Source of the DNA: an uncultured Acidimicrobiaceae bacterium
GTDB lineage: Bacteria > Actinomycetota > Acidimicrobiia > Acidimicrobiales > RAAP-2
DNA: 64,000 nt
Assembly (NCBI GenBank): GCA_963749355.1
Contig: CAVVMM010000012.1
Location: forward strand, 154,683-218,682
Direction of reading: 5' to 3'
The translations under genes were made by a program, and so were the position numbers. Under the pieces are notes generated by a model. That model worked only from the letters and a program-made list of their open reading frames with translations. It ran no database searches and was not told the DNA's origin. This document shows, in pieces, positions 1-9,809 of the stretch (position 1 is its first letter; each line of letters opens with the position of its first letter).

Positions 1-1
1 G

Positions 2-1768
2 GACACCAACATGTACGAGCGCCAGCACGGGGGCGACATCGAGGTCGGCTCCTACGCGCACCGGGCGATCATCGTCAACCCCGAGGACATCCCCTCCATT
101 GAGGCCTCCGCGCTCACGCCGACGGAGATGCCCTTCACCCAGGACGACTTCGACCCGCAGCTCCAGGACGCCCTCGAGCTGATGCCCGAGCTGCTCGGCG
201 ACGAGAGCGTTGGCGTGCGCTACGCCATCAACGGGCTCATCTCGATGACCCCCGACGGCCATCCCGTGCTCGGCGAGACGCCCGAAGTGAAGGGCCTCTG
301 GTCGGTCGCGGCGAGTTGGATCAAGGAGGGTCCGGGCATCGCGCGGGCGGTCGCCGAGTGGATGGATGGCCGGGCGCCCGGCGTTGACCTGCACGAAGCT
401 GACGTGGCGCGCTTCTACGATCACCAGCGCACGCGGTCCCACGTGACCGCTCGGGCCCGCGAGGGCTACAACAAGATGTACGGCATCGTGCACCCGGCCG
501 AACAGTGGGAGTCCGAGCGTCCGACGAGGCTCAGTCCCGTCTACGAGCGAGAGCGCGAGCTCGGCGCCTTCTTCTACGAGGCCATGGGCTGGGAGCGGCC
601 CTTCTGGTACGAGAGCAACAAGCACCTGCTGAAGAAGTACCACGGGCGCCTGATGGAACGAGAGGCCGAGTGGGAGTCGCGCTGGTGGAGCCCGATCATC
701 AACGCCGAGCACCTGGCGCTGCGCGAGACCTGCGGGCTCGTCGACCTCTCGGCCTTCGCGGTCTTTGACGTGACTGGACCGGGGGCGCTCGCGGCGCTGC
801 AGCACCTCGCGGTCGCCCAGATGGACGTGCCGATCGGGCGGGTTGTCTACACTTCATTCCTCGACGAGCGCGGCGGCTTCAAGTCCGACCTCACGATCAT
901 GCGGCTAGGGATTGACGCCTTTCGCGTCGTGACGGGCGCCTTCACCGGCATGACCGAGAAGAAGTGGATCGTCGACCGCCTTCCCGCAGATGGCTCGGCA
1001 CAGCTGAGCGACGTCACGTCGTCCTGGGCGACCTTCGGCCTCTGGGGTCCGCGGGCCCGTGACGTGCTCGCACAGTGCACCGACGACGACGTCAGCCACG
1101 CCGGCTTTCCCTTTGCGACCTGCCGGGTGATCGAGCTCGGGGGCATCAAGGTGCGGGCCTCTCGCATCTCGTACATCGGCGAACTGGGCTGGGAGATCTA
1201 CGTGCCGATCGAGGAAGGTGCTCGCGCGTGGGACACAATTTTCACGGCCGGCGAGGAACACGGGCTGGTGCCGGTCGGCATCGGCGTCTACGGCACGACC
1301 GGGCGGCTGGAGAAGGGCTACCGGGCGCTCGGCAACGAGCTGACGGCGGACTACTCCATCGTCGAGGCCGGCATGGCTCGCCCGAGTGTGAAGAAGGAGG
1401 AGTTCATCGGACGCTCGGCGTACGTGGCTCAGCGCGACGAGGTACCGGTGGCGCACCTCTGTACGTTCACCGTTGACGATCACCGGTCGGCCCACGGCGT
1501 CAAGCGCTACATGCTCGGCGGCGAGCCGATCCTCAGCCTCGAGGGGGAGCGGCTCGTCGACGAGAAGGACCGGCCCTCGTACGTGACGAGCGCGGGGTCG
1601 GGCCCGTCGGTCGGCAAGCACATCCTGCTTGCCTATCTGCCCGCCGCTGACGCCGCCGTGGGCAACAAGCTGCTCGTCGAGTACCTGAGTGAGACTTATC
1701 CGGTCACCGTCGAGGTGGTCGGCTCGACGCCGCTGTTCGACCCCGACAACGCTCGAGTGAGAAGTTGA
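2..1768 (+). CDS. GcvT-family FAD-dependent oxidoreductase (dimethylglycine/sarcosine dehydrogenase-like), 5' truncated by window edge
   Basis: Frame is open to the window start; motifs TPDGHPVLG, GWERPFWY, DLSAF, ISYIGELGWEIY and a C-terminal aminomethyltransferase domain; translationally coupled to ETF genes. Confidence 0.9.
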   Translation, partial: DTNMYERQHGGDIEVGSYAHRAIIVNPEDIPSIEASALTPTEMPFTQDDFDPQLQDALELMPELLGDESVGVRYAINGLISMTPDGHPVLGETPEVKGLWSVAASWIKEGPGIARAVAEWMDGRAPGVDLHEADVARFYDHQRTRSHVTARAREGYNKMYGIVHPAEQWESERPTRLSPVYERERELGAFFYEAMGWERPFWYESNKHLLKKYHGRLMEREAEWESRWWSPIINAEHLALRETCGLVDLSAFAVFDVTGPGALAALQHLAVAQMDVPIGRVVYTSFLDERGGFKSDLTIMRLGIDAFRVVTGAFTGMTEKKWIVDRLPADGSAQLSDVTSSWATFGLWGPRARDVLAQCTDDDVSHAGFPFATCRVIELGGIKVRASRISYIGELGWEIYVPIEEGARAWDTIFTAGEEHGLVPVGIGVYGTTGRLEKGYRALGNELTADYSIVEAGMARPSVKKEEFIGRSAYVAQRDEVPVAHLCTFTVDDHRSAHGVKRYMLGGEPILSLEGERLVDEKDRPSYVTSAGSGPSVGKHILLAYLPAADAAVGNKLLVEYLSETYPVTVEVVGSTPLFDPDNARVRS

Positions 1769-2532
1769 ACGTACTCGTCTGCGTGAAGCGCGTCCCCATG
1801 GTGGGCGCGAGGATCGTCCTCACGCCCGACCAGATGGAGGTCGACGTGCGCCAGTTGGGCTTCACCGTCAGCCCGCACGAGGAGTGCGCCGTCGAAGAGG
1901 CGGTGCGGATCGTTGAACGGGACGGCGGCACCGTTACGGTCCTCACCCTCGGGCCACCGGAGGCGGCCGATCAGCTGCGCGACGCCGCCGCCATTGGCGC
2001 GAACCGGCTGGTGCATCTTGTGACCGATGGCCGAGAGTGGGATGCAATTGCCACGGCTGAAGCCATCGTCGAGGCGATCCGTCGCGACGAAGCCGAGCAA
2101 GGACCCTACGCCCTCATCCTCCTTGGCAGTGAGGCCGCCGATACCGGCGACTATCAGGTCGGCGTGCGGGTAGCGCACGCGCTTGGTCGCCCCACGGTGA
2201 GTGGGATCAAGCACCTTGATATCGGTGACGAGGTTCTCGTCGCCAAGCGCGAGTTCCGAGGCGGCGACGAGCTCTACGAGCTCGCGCTGCCCTGCGTGAT
2301 CGCGGTGAAGGAAGGCATCAACCTGCCTCGTTACCCCTCGCTGCCGGGTCGAATACGCGCGAAGAAGATGCCAATTGAAGCGACCGAGATTGTGTGGCGC
2401 GAAGGACCGGTGCGCACGGAGCGGCTTCGCGTGCCCGAGGAGCCGCGCGAACGCGCCGAGATCCTTGGGGCGGGCGTCGACGGGGTGCCGGCGCTCGTCG
2501 CGTTGCTCGGGCAGTGGGGGCTCCTGGCGTGA
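1765..2532 (+). CDS. etfB: Electron transfer flavoprotein beta subunit
   Basis: MNVLVCVKRVP N-terminus, AVEEAVRI, INLPRYPSL; start overlaps the upstream stop. Confidence 0.92.
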   Translation: MNVLVCVKRVPMVGARIVLTPDQMEVDVRQLGFTVSPHEECAVEEAVRIVERDGGTVTVLTLGPPEAADQLRDAAAIGANRLVHLVTDGREWDAIATAEAIVEAIRRDEAEQGPYALILLGSEAADTGDYQVGVRVAHALGRPTVSGIKHLDIGDEVLVAKREFRGGDELYELALPCVIAVKEGINLPRYPSLPGRIRAKKMPIEATEIVWREGPVRTERLRVPEEPRERAEILGAGVDGVPALVALLGQWGLLA

Positions 2533-3545
2533 GCGTGGTCCGATCCCAAACTGCGCCGATGGTGGCGCGAGGCGGCGTGGTCTGTTTTCTCGAGCACGAC
2601 GTCGACGGCGTGCTCGACGCGTCGCTGCGCGCGCTGACCCTGGCCCGAAGCCTTAGTGAATCGTCTGGGCGAGTGCTCGTCGCTGCGATGATGGGCATGG
2701 TCCCGCCTTCGGATCTTGAAGCGCTCGCTGGCTACGGGGTGAGCGACGTCTTTCAGGTAGTCGTGGAGGGCGTCGAAGGTTACGCGCCGATGGGCTGGGC
2801 CCGCGCGCTGCTCGATCTCGTGGAGACGTGGGGCGCCGACGCGCTCGTGGCTGCAGGAACGGACCGAGGCAACGAGGTCATGGCCCACGTCGGCGCGACC
2901 ACCTGGCTCCCGATGGTGGCAAATTGCCTTGCCGCTTCGTGGCTGGACGCGCGCTCGCTTCGACTTAGTCGCCAGCGCTGGGCGGGCAGTCTCGTCGAAG
3001 ACGCGGTTGTCGAAGGGGTGCCGGTGCTGCTCACCGTCGCGCCCGACGGCGTCGCGGCCGAACCGGCGGCAACACCCATCGCCACGGCAGGGCACGAACA
3101 TCGTCTTGCCGCCAGTGAAAATGATCGCCGCGTCGTGGTCACCGAGTGGATCGGTCGAGGGGGGGGCGTCGCGCTCGCCGATGCTCGAGTCGTCGTGGGC
3201 GGCGGACGCGGCGTCGGCAGCGAGGAGGGTTTCGCCGCCCTGGATGAGTTGGCGGGCCTGCTCGGGGCGGCGGTCGGTGTGTCGAGGGCCGTCACCAGCG
3301 CCGGCTGGCGACCGCACGCACAGCAGGTCGGTCAAACGGGCACCAAGATCTCGCCCGAGCTCTACCTTGCGTGCGGGATCAGCGGCGCCACGCAGCACTT
3401 GGCGGGTTGTCGCAGCGCCAAGCACGTGGTGACGATCAACACCGATCCTGACGCACCAATCCTTTCGCGCGCCGACTACGCAATCGTGGGCGACGTCGCA
3501 GTGATCGTCCCGGCGTTAGTGGCCGCGATTCGCGAGCGAACGTAG
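2529..3545 (+). CDS. etfA: Electron transfer flavoprotein alpha subunit
   Basis: VVVGGGRG, QVGQTG, ACGISGATQHLAG, INTDPDAPI motifs; GTG at 2529 overlaps the etfB TGA. Confidence 0.92.
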   Translation: MSVVRSQTAPMVARGGVVCFLEHDVDGVLDASLRALTLARSLSESSGRVLVAAMMGMVPPSDLEALAGYGVSDVFQVVVEGVEGYAPMGWARALLDLVETWGADALVAAGTDRGNEVMAHVGATTWLPMVANCLAASWLDARSLRLSRQRWAGSLVEDAVVEGVPVLLTVAPDGVAAEPAATPIATAGHEHRLAASENDRRVVVTEWIGRGGGVALADARVVVGGGRGVGSEEGFAALDELAGLLGAAVGVSRAVTSAGWRPHAQQVGQTGTKISPELYLACGISGATQHLAGCRSAKHVVTINTDPDAPILSRADYAIVGDVAVIVPALVAAIRERT

Positions 3546-3585
3546 CGGCCAATGGGCCAGACGTGTTGCTTATCTCTCGGAAGCG

Positions 3586-5280
3586 TCAGTCGTTGGTCCG
3601 TGATTTCGACCGGTCGTCGGACCGAGGTCCATTGGCCCGGACGCGGCGGTAGAAGGGAGCCGTGGAGGGAGCGAGGGGCGAGTTGCCGAGGATGAGGTCG
3701 GCCGCCTTTTCTGCAACCATCATCACTGGCGCATAGATGTTGGCGTTGGTGACGTAGGGCATCACCGAGGCGTCCACGACGCGCAGTCCCTCGAGACCGT
3801 GCACCCTCATCGATGAGGGATCCACGACGGACATCTCGTCGGTGCCCATCTTGCAGGTGCACGAGGGGTGCAGCGCCGTCTCGGCGTCACGGCGCACCCA
3901 GTCGAGGACCTCGTCGTCGGAAGCGACCTTTCTCCCGGGGGAGAGCTCGCCGCCGCTGTAGGGGGCGAAGGCCGGTTGGCTGAGGATGTTGCGGGCCACT
4001 TGTACTGCCTCGACCCATTCGCGTCGGTCGTCGTCGGTGGAAAGGTAGTTGAATCGAAGTGCAGGATGCACGGCGGGATCGGGTGAGGTGAGCTTGACCG
4101 ACCCGCGCGAGTTGGAATACATCGGGCCGATGTGCACCTGGTAGCCGTGGTCGCTCGCCGGAGCCGAGCCGTCGTAGCGGATCGCGATCGGCAGGAAGTG
4201 GAACATCAAGTTGGGGTAGGCGACGTCATCGTTGCTCCGAGCGAAACCTCCTCCCTCGAAGTGATTCGTGGCGCCGGGTCCCGCGCGAAGGAACAGCCAC
4301 TGCGCGCCGATCCAGGGGCGGTTGCGCCACTTGAGGGCCGGTGCCATCGAGACCGGTTGCGTGCAGGAGTGCTGGATGTAGACCTCGAGGTGGTCCTGCA
4401 GGTTCTCACCGACGCCGGGCAGGTTCGACACAACGTCGACCCCGAGCGCCGCGAGCTCGTTAGCGTTGCCAACCCCCGAGAGCTGAAGCAGGTGCGGCGA
4501 ATTGAACGCGCCCCCACAGAGGATCACTTCGCCCGCGTCGATCCTGCGGTGGCCCCCACGGTGGGTCACCTCGACGCCAACGGCGCGCTCGCCGTCGAAG
4601 CGAATCTTCGTCACGAAAGCGCCGCAGGTCACCTCGAGGTTCGGCCGGTTCATGACCGGGTGCAGGTAGGCCCGAGCGGCACTTAGTCGCCGGCCGCGGT
4701 GGATCGTGCGATCAAAGGGCGCGAAGCCCTCCTGCCGGTAGCCGTTCACGTCCTTCGTGAGCGAGTAGCCCGCCTCCTGTACCGCACGAAAGAACGCTTG
4801 AAAGAGGGGACTCGTCGCCGGTCCGCGCTCGAGGATCAAGGGACCGGTCGTTCCCCGGTACTCGTCACCCCCCGCGAGGCAGTTCTCCATCTTCTTGAAG
4901 TACGGCAGGCAGTGGGCGTAGTCCCACTCGTCCATCCCGGGATCACCGGCCCAGCGCTCGTAGTCCATCGCGTTGCCGCGCTGGAAGATCATGCCGTTGA
5001 TGCTGCTGGAGCCGCCGAGGACCTTTCCCCTCGCGTGGTAGATCTTGCGCCCGCCCATGTGGGGTTCGGGTTCGGACTCGTACTTCCAGTCGTAGAAGCG
5101 GTTACCGATAGGAATCGTGAGGGCGGCTGGCATGTGGATGAAGACGTCCCAGCGGTAGTCCAGGCGGCCGGCCTCAATGACCAGGACCTGGGTGGACCGG
5201 TCCGCCGAGAAGCGATTCGCGAGGGCACTGCCCGCCGAGCCCCCGCCAACGATGACGAAGTCGTATCGGTCTCGCTTCAT
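3586..5280 (-). CDS. betA: Choline dehydrogenase (GMC oxidoreductase)
   Basis: [50 protein letters not shown]; ATG at 5280 preceded by GAGGAG. Confidence 0.93.
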   Translation of the reverse strand: MKRDRYDFVIVGGGSAGSALANRFSADRSTQVLVIEAGRLDYRWDVFIHMPAALTIPIGNRFYDWKYESEPEPHMGGRKIYHARGKVLGGSSSINGMIFQRGNAMDYERWAGDPGMDEWDYAHCLPYFKKMENCLAGGDEYRGTTGPLILERGPATSPLFQAFFRAVQEAGYSLTKDVNGYRQEGFAPFDRTIHRGRRLSAARAYLHPVMNRPNLEVTCGAFVTKIRFDGERAVGVEVTHRGGHRRIDAGEVILCGGAFNSPHLLQLSGVGNANELAALGVDVVSNLPGVGENLQDHLEVYIQHSCTQPVSMAPALKWRNRPWIGAQWLFLRAGPGATNHFEGGGFARSNDDVAYPNLMFHFLPIAIRYDGSAPASDHGYQVHIGPMYSNSRGSVKLTSPDPAVHPALRFNYLSTDDDRREWVEAVQVARNILSQPAFAPYSGGELSPGRKVASDDEVLDWVRRDAETALHPSCTCKMGTDEMSVVDPSSMRVHGLEGLRVVDASVMPYVTNANIYAPVMMVAEKAADLILGNSPLAPSTAPFYRRVRANGPRSDDRSKSRTND

Positions 5281-5492
5281 GAGCTCCTCTGCCAGTCGAG
5301 CCACCATAGTGGGCGGGCGATGGATGGAAGGAATTTTGGCCCACAGGTCTAGGCGAGATTCCTGGTCGCGTCAAATGTCGCCGCCTCCGTTGTCGCGCGT
5401 CCGCACTCGGGGCGAGCATTCGAAGACTCCTATGATTTCGCCGTAGTGATGCCATCGGCACTGAAGGTTTGCCTTAGAAATGGGTCTCGATC

Positions 5493-7277
5493 GTGACGCC
5501 CACGCCTGTTCCAAGTGTTCGATTCGACAACATGCGAGAGCGAACTTCCTCGATCCTCTCGGGTTTTGAGACCGAGCTTCGCGCCGAGACGCTTGAAGAG
5601 GTCGTCAGTGTCGTCGAAGGGGCCGACGAAGCCGCTCGTCGGGGACTCTGGGCAGCGGGTTTCGTCTCGTACGAGTGCGCGCCGGCCTTCGATGGCGGCT
5701 TGGCGGTGCATTCGCGCGACCCGGATGTGAGTGGGAACGTTCCGCTCGCGTGGTTCGGCCTCTACCGAGGGTGCGCTACAACGCCACTTCGGCTGCCCAG
5801 GAGAGCTGGCAGAGTTCCGCCCGCGAAGTGGCGACCCCTGATCCCCGAAATGGATTACCTCGCAAAGGTTGAATCTATTCTCGACGAGATCGCCGTGGGC
5901 AACGTCTACCAGGTCAATTTCACTAACCCGGTAGAGAGCTCACAGCCCGTCAACTCGAAGGTCCTCTATCGGCAGTTGCTGATCGCGCAGCAACCGGCCT
6001 ACGGGGCGCTGATCGAACTCGACGACGTGGCGGTCGTCAGTGCGTCGCCGGAACTATTCATCGAGTGGGATGGGGTGGTGCTGCGCAGCCGGCCGATGAA
6101 GGGCACCATGCGCCGGGGACGCTGGGCCGAAGAGGACGCCGAGCTCGCACGTCAACTGGCGACCTCGGAGAAGGAGACGGCTGAAAACGTCATGATTGTG
6201 GACCTCATACGAAACGACATGGGCAAGGTGGCGAAGGTCGGTTCTGTCAATGTCCCGAAGCTGCGCGAGCTTGAGCCGTACCCGAACGTGTGGCAGCTCG
6301 TTTCAGAGGTGCGGTGCGAGACGAAGGAGAACTCACGTCTTCTCGACGTGCTCGTCGCCATGTTTCCCTGCGGATCGGTGACGGGAGCACCCAAGCAGAG
6401 CGCCATGGGCATCATCGCCTCCCTCGAGGTCGCCGAACGGGGGATCTACTGCGGCGCCATTGGGCTGCTCGAACCGAGTCCCCAGGGAGTCCGAGCGCGC
6501 TTTAGCGTCGCTATACGCACGGCGGTCGTCGACGAACGCGGCGGGGCGGCTCGCTTCGGCAGTGGCGGAGGCGTCGTCGCCGATTCGCGGCCCGAAACCG
6601 AGTATCGCGAGATGGTCCTAAAGAGCGAGGTCTTGCGCGCAGTGCCGACGAGACCCTTTCGCCTGCTGGAGACGTTTCGCTACGTGCCCGGTCGGCCCTC
6701 GGACCATCTGGCTCGACATTTGGCCCGACTCACGAGCTCAGCTGCGCTCTTTGGCTTTCCAATCCGCCCCGATCTTGAAACCTGGGTGGCGCGTCGACTG
6801 GCAAAGATTGACTATGAGGCCCGGGTGCGGTTGCTGCTCTCTCGTAACGGCGGCCTCGAACTGCTCGCGGCAGCCGCCCCCACGCCCAGATCAACGCCCG
6901 TCCGTTTGGCGATTGACGCAGAGCCTGTCTGCAGCGAGTCGACGATGCTCTTTCACAAGACCACCCAGCGCGAGGTATACCAGCGTCGGCGCCGGAGGCA
7001 CCCCGAGGCGGACGATGTTGTCATGGTGAACGATCGCGGCGAGTGTACCGAGGTGACGACAGCAAACCTCGCCGTCCGAATCGGGTCCGTTTGGCAGACT
7101 CCGCCACTAGCCGCGGGATGCTTGCCGGGGATCGAGCGGGCTCGCCTGATCGAGCGGGGTGTGCTGGTTGAGACAACGATGCGGCCGGAAGATATTCGCT
7201 CGGCCGAGAGGTTGGCGATCGTCAACTCGCTGCGCGGTTGGCAAGACGCCGAACTTTTGGTCGCCGAGCGTCAATAG
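5493..7277 (+). CDS. pabB: Aminodeoxychorismate synthase component I fused to class IV aminotransferase/ADC lyase (PabB-PabC)
   Basis: YQVN, SPELF, PMKGT, KETAENVMIVDLIRND, FPCGSVTGAPK; C-terminal LLET..HLARL, HKTT.R, GCLPGI.R. Confidence 0.88.
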   Translation: MTPTPVPSVRFDNMRERTSSILSGFETELRAETLEEVVSVVEGADEAARRGLWAAGFVSYECAPAFDGGLAVHSRDPDVSGNVPLAWFGLYRGCATTPLRLPRRAGRVPPAKWRPLIPEMDYLAKVESILDEIAVGNVYQVNFTNPVESSQPVNSKVLYRQLLIAQQPAYGALIELDDVAVVSASPELFIEWDGVVLRSRPMKGTMRRGRWAEEDAELARQLATSEKETAENVMIVDLIRNDMGKVAKVGSVNVPKLRELEPYPNVWQLVSEVRCETKENSRLLDVLVAMFPCGSVTGAPKQSAMGIIASLEVAERGIYCGAIGLLEPSPQGVRARFSVAIRTAVVDERGGAARFGSGGGVVADSRPETEYREMVLKSEVLRAVPTRPFRLLETFRYVPGRPSDHLARHLARLTSSAALFGFPIRPDLETWVARRLAKIDYEARVRLLLSRNGGLELLAAAAPTPRSTPVRLAIDAEPVCSESTMLFHKTTQREVYQRRRRRHPEADDVVMVNDRGECTEVTTANLAVRIGSVWQTPPLAAGCLPGIERARLIERGVLVETTMRPEDIRSAERLAIVNSLRGWQDAELLVAERQ

Positions 7278-7348
7278 CATCTCCGGCCGCAGCGACGTCG
7301 TGAGTCTCATGGCGACCTCGCCGTGAGAGACGCCCGCAGGCTTCGGCT

Positions 7349-8653
7349 ATGAAGGTAGAGAGTGACTTCGCCAAGGAGAATCCCATGCCCATCAACGTGA
7401 CACGCGTGCCGGGACTGAGCCCCGAGATCAACGACATCCGGCTTCGAACGGCCCGGTTCATCAACGAGGAGATCCTGCCCATCGAGGAGTCGCTCTGGCG
7501 CTCTTCGAAGATGCTCGGGGCCGACGAAGACGAACAAGATGCCCTACGCCGAGAGAGCATCTTGCTGCGCGAAGCGGTGAAGGCCAAGGTCTTCCAGGCC
7601 GGGCTCTGGGCGCCCCATCTGCCCAAGGAGTACGGGGGAGCGGGGCTCGACTTCCTCGCCCTCGCCTACATGTATGAGATCCTCGCCTACGTCGTGGGCG
7701 GGCCGGCGCTCTTTGGCATCGCGGCGCCGAATTCAGGCAACGCCAGCATCCTCGCCAAATACGGCACCGAGGAGCAGAAGCGCAAGTGGCTCCTGCCCCT
7801 CATCGCGGGCGACATGGAGTCGGGCTTCTCGATGACCGAGCCGGAGAACGCCGGGTCCGACCCGCGCTCCATCAAGACCGAGGCCGTACGCGACGGCGGC
7901 CACTGGGTCATCAACGGCCACAAGTGGTTCACCTCCAACGGCATCGACGCCAATTTCTTCATCGTCATGTGCCGGGCAGTCGATCCCTCCGGCGAGTACG
8001 GGGCTTCGGGCCGCATGACCCAGATCATCGTGCCCACCGATACGGCCGGGGTGAACATCATCCGCGGTATTGGCATCTTCGGCCATTCGACGTCGGACCA
8101 CTGCGAAATCCGCTACGAGAACGTGCGCGTCCCCATCGAGAACACGCTCGGCGCCGTCGGCGAGGGCCACCAGGCGGCCCAGGACCGGCTCGGCGCCGGG
8201 CGGGTGTACCACTGCATGAATTCGATCGGCCAAATGTGGCGGGCCTTTGACCTCATGGTCGAGCGCACGCTGACGCGCGAAGTCCACGGGGGGCTATTGA
8301 AAGAGAAGCAGTTCATCCAGGGCTTCATTGCCGAGAGCTACATGGACCTGCAGTCGGCCCGGCTCATGACCATCAACGCCGCCGAGAAGGTGGCGAAGAA
8401 CGACCCTGACGCAAGGACCGCGATCTCATCAATCAAGGTCTTCGTGCCGGCCGCCTACCACCGCGTCGTCGACCGGGCCATTCAGGTCTGGGGCGGGGCT
8501 GGCGTGAGCAACGACCTTCCGCTTGCTCAGATGTACCTGACGGCGAGAGTGTTGCGTCTAGCCGACGGGCCTGACGAGGTCCACAAGATACTGATGGCGA
8601 AGAACATCCTCCATCAGTACGAGGGCGGGAGCGGCTGGAACTTCGGGGCTTGA
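7349..8653 (+). CDS. Acyl-CoA dehydrogenase (ACAD10/11-like clade)
   Basis: APNSGN, FSMTEP..AGSDP, INGHKWF, RLGAGR..HCM, RLADGPDEVH. Confidence 0.92.
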   Translation: MKVESDFAKENPMPINVTRVPGLSPEINDIRLRTARFINEEILPIEESLWRSSKMLGADEDEQDALRRESILLREAVKAKVFQAGLWAPHLPKEYGGAGLDFLALAYMYEILAYVVGGPALFGIAAPNSGNASILAKYGTEEQKRKWLLPLIAGDMESGFSMTEPENAGSDPRSIKTEAVRDGGHWVINGHKWFTSNGIDANFFIVMCRAVDPSGEYGASGRMTQIIVPTDTAGVNIIRGIGIFGHSTSDHCEIRYENVRVPIENTLGAVGEGHQAAQDRLGAGRVYHCMNSIGQMWRAFDLMVERTLTREVHGGLLKEKQFIQGFIAESYMDLQSARLMTINAAEKVAKNDPDARTAISSIKVFVPAAYHRVVDRAIQVWGGAGVSNDLPLAQMYLTARVLRLADGPDEVHKILMAKNILHQYEGGSGWNFGA

Positions 8654-8822
8654 TGCCACGGACCGAGTAGCCGAATGAGCGTTTGGATTGAGACGTCACG
8701 GGAGGTGTTCCATTCACACGGCCGTCAGACGTCGTGAAAGTGAGGCAAATGGTGGGAGAAATCGTCCGACCGACCTGAGAGTTGGTGATGGTAGGGCGTC
8801 GAGCGGCCGTTACGCTTCAGTG

Positions 8823-9170
8823 GTGTTCGTGGTATCCAATGAACGATTCGAGGAGTTGGCGGGAGAGGCCCTCGCGACGCTGCCCGAGGAGCTCGCCCGT
8901 CAGATCGAGAACCTGGCGATCATCGTCGAGGACCAGGCCCCGGGGCGCTCCCTCTTTGGGCTCTACGAGGGCATCCCGCTCACGAAGCGCAGCCCCATGA
9001 GCTACAGCGGCGTCATGCCCGATCGGATCACCCTGTACCAGTCGACGATCTGCCGGTACTGCACCAGCGAGGAAGAGGTGAAGGCCATGATTCGCAAGAC
9101 CGTCCTCCACGAAGTCGCGCACCACTTTGGCATCAGCGATCCCCGCCTCGAGGAGCTGGGATGGGCGTAG
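8823..9170 (+). CDS. Zincin-like metallopeptidase (DUF1025-type)
   Basis: GLYEGIPL, PDRITLY, HEVAHHFG; GTG 6 nt after TACGCT suggests a leaderless start. Confidence 0.85.
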   Translation: MFVVSNERFEELAGEALATLPEELARQIENLAIIVEDQAPGRSLFGLYEGIPLTKRSPMSYSGVMPDRITLYQSTICRYCTSEEEVKAMIRKTVLHEVAHHFGISDPRLEELGWA

Positions 9171-9189
9171 CGCATCGACAGCGAGGGTC

Positions 9190-9645
9190 GTGACTGAGCG
9201 AAGCCAGCTGGAGTTTTCCACCGACCTGACGGCAGCTCTCAAGGCCATTGATTCGATCGCCGAGGGGAGAGGGTGGTGCAACGTGGTTTCGCGAGTCGTC
9301 GAGGACGTGCCGGACCACAAGATCAACTTTGGCGGACTCTGGGTGAACAAGGGCGTCGTCGAAACTTCGTTCGTGACCGCTCCTCCCCGCCACGGGGAAG
9401 CACAGCCCTCCACTCTTGGCGTGCTGCATACGCGAGGGAAGCTCGGCCGTGAACGAATCGCCTCGCTTCTTGAGGGCGCTCCGTTCAGGGTCACGCAAGA
9501 CCACAATCAGCGCGGACTCCTGCTCGAGGTCCCCGTCGGTACACCGGCAAAGCAGGTGCTCGACGTGATGATCTCGATGGCTTCCTCGTTGTGCGACTAC
9601 GAGATGACCGGCATTTGGCGAATGGACCTCTACATACGGCAGTAA
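9190..9645 (+). CDS. Hypothetical protein
   Basis: GTG after GAGGG, 20 nt downstream of the previous stop; coding-like codon bias; no recognised motif. Confidence 0.7.
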   Translation: MTERSQLEFSTDLTAALKAIDSIAEGRGWCNVVSRVVEDVPDHKINFGGLWVNKGVVETSFVTAPPRHGEAQPSTLGVLHTRGKLGRERIASLLEGAPFRVTQDHNQRGLLLEVPVGTPAKQVLDVMISMASSLCDYEMTGIWRMDLYIRQ

Positions 9646-9809
9646 TTGCAGTAAGTAGTGATGAGCCAAGTTGCCCTGCCTTTGGCGGATCGTGAACATG
9701 GCTTCTCTTCTGATCTACCGCGACTCTCCAAGCCACCTAAGCCTTTGGCCGAAAGATTCCGAGGAAGACTCCGAAAGTTCCGTAGTAGATGCAGGGTTAG
9801 TCTTGCCTC

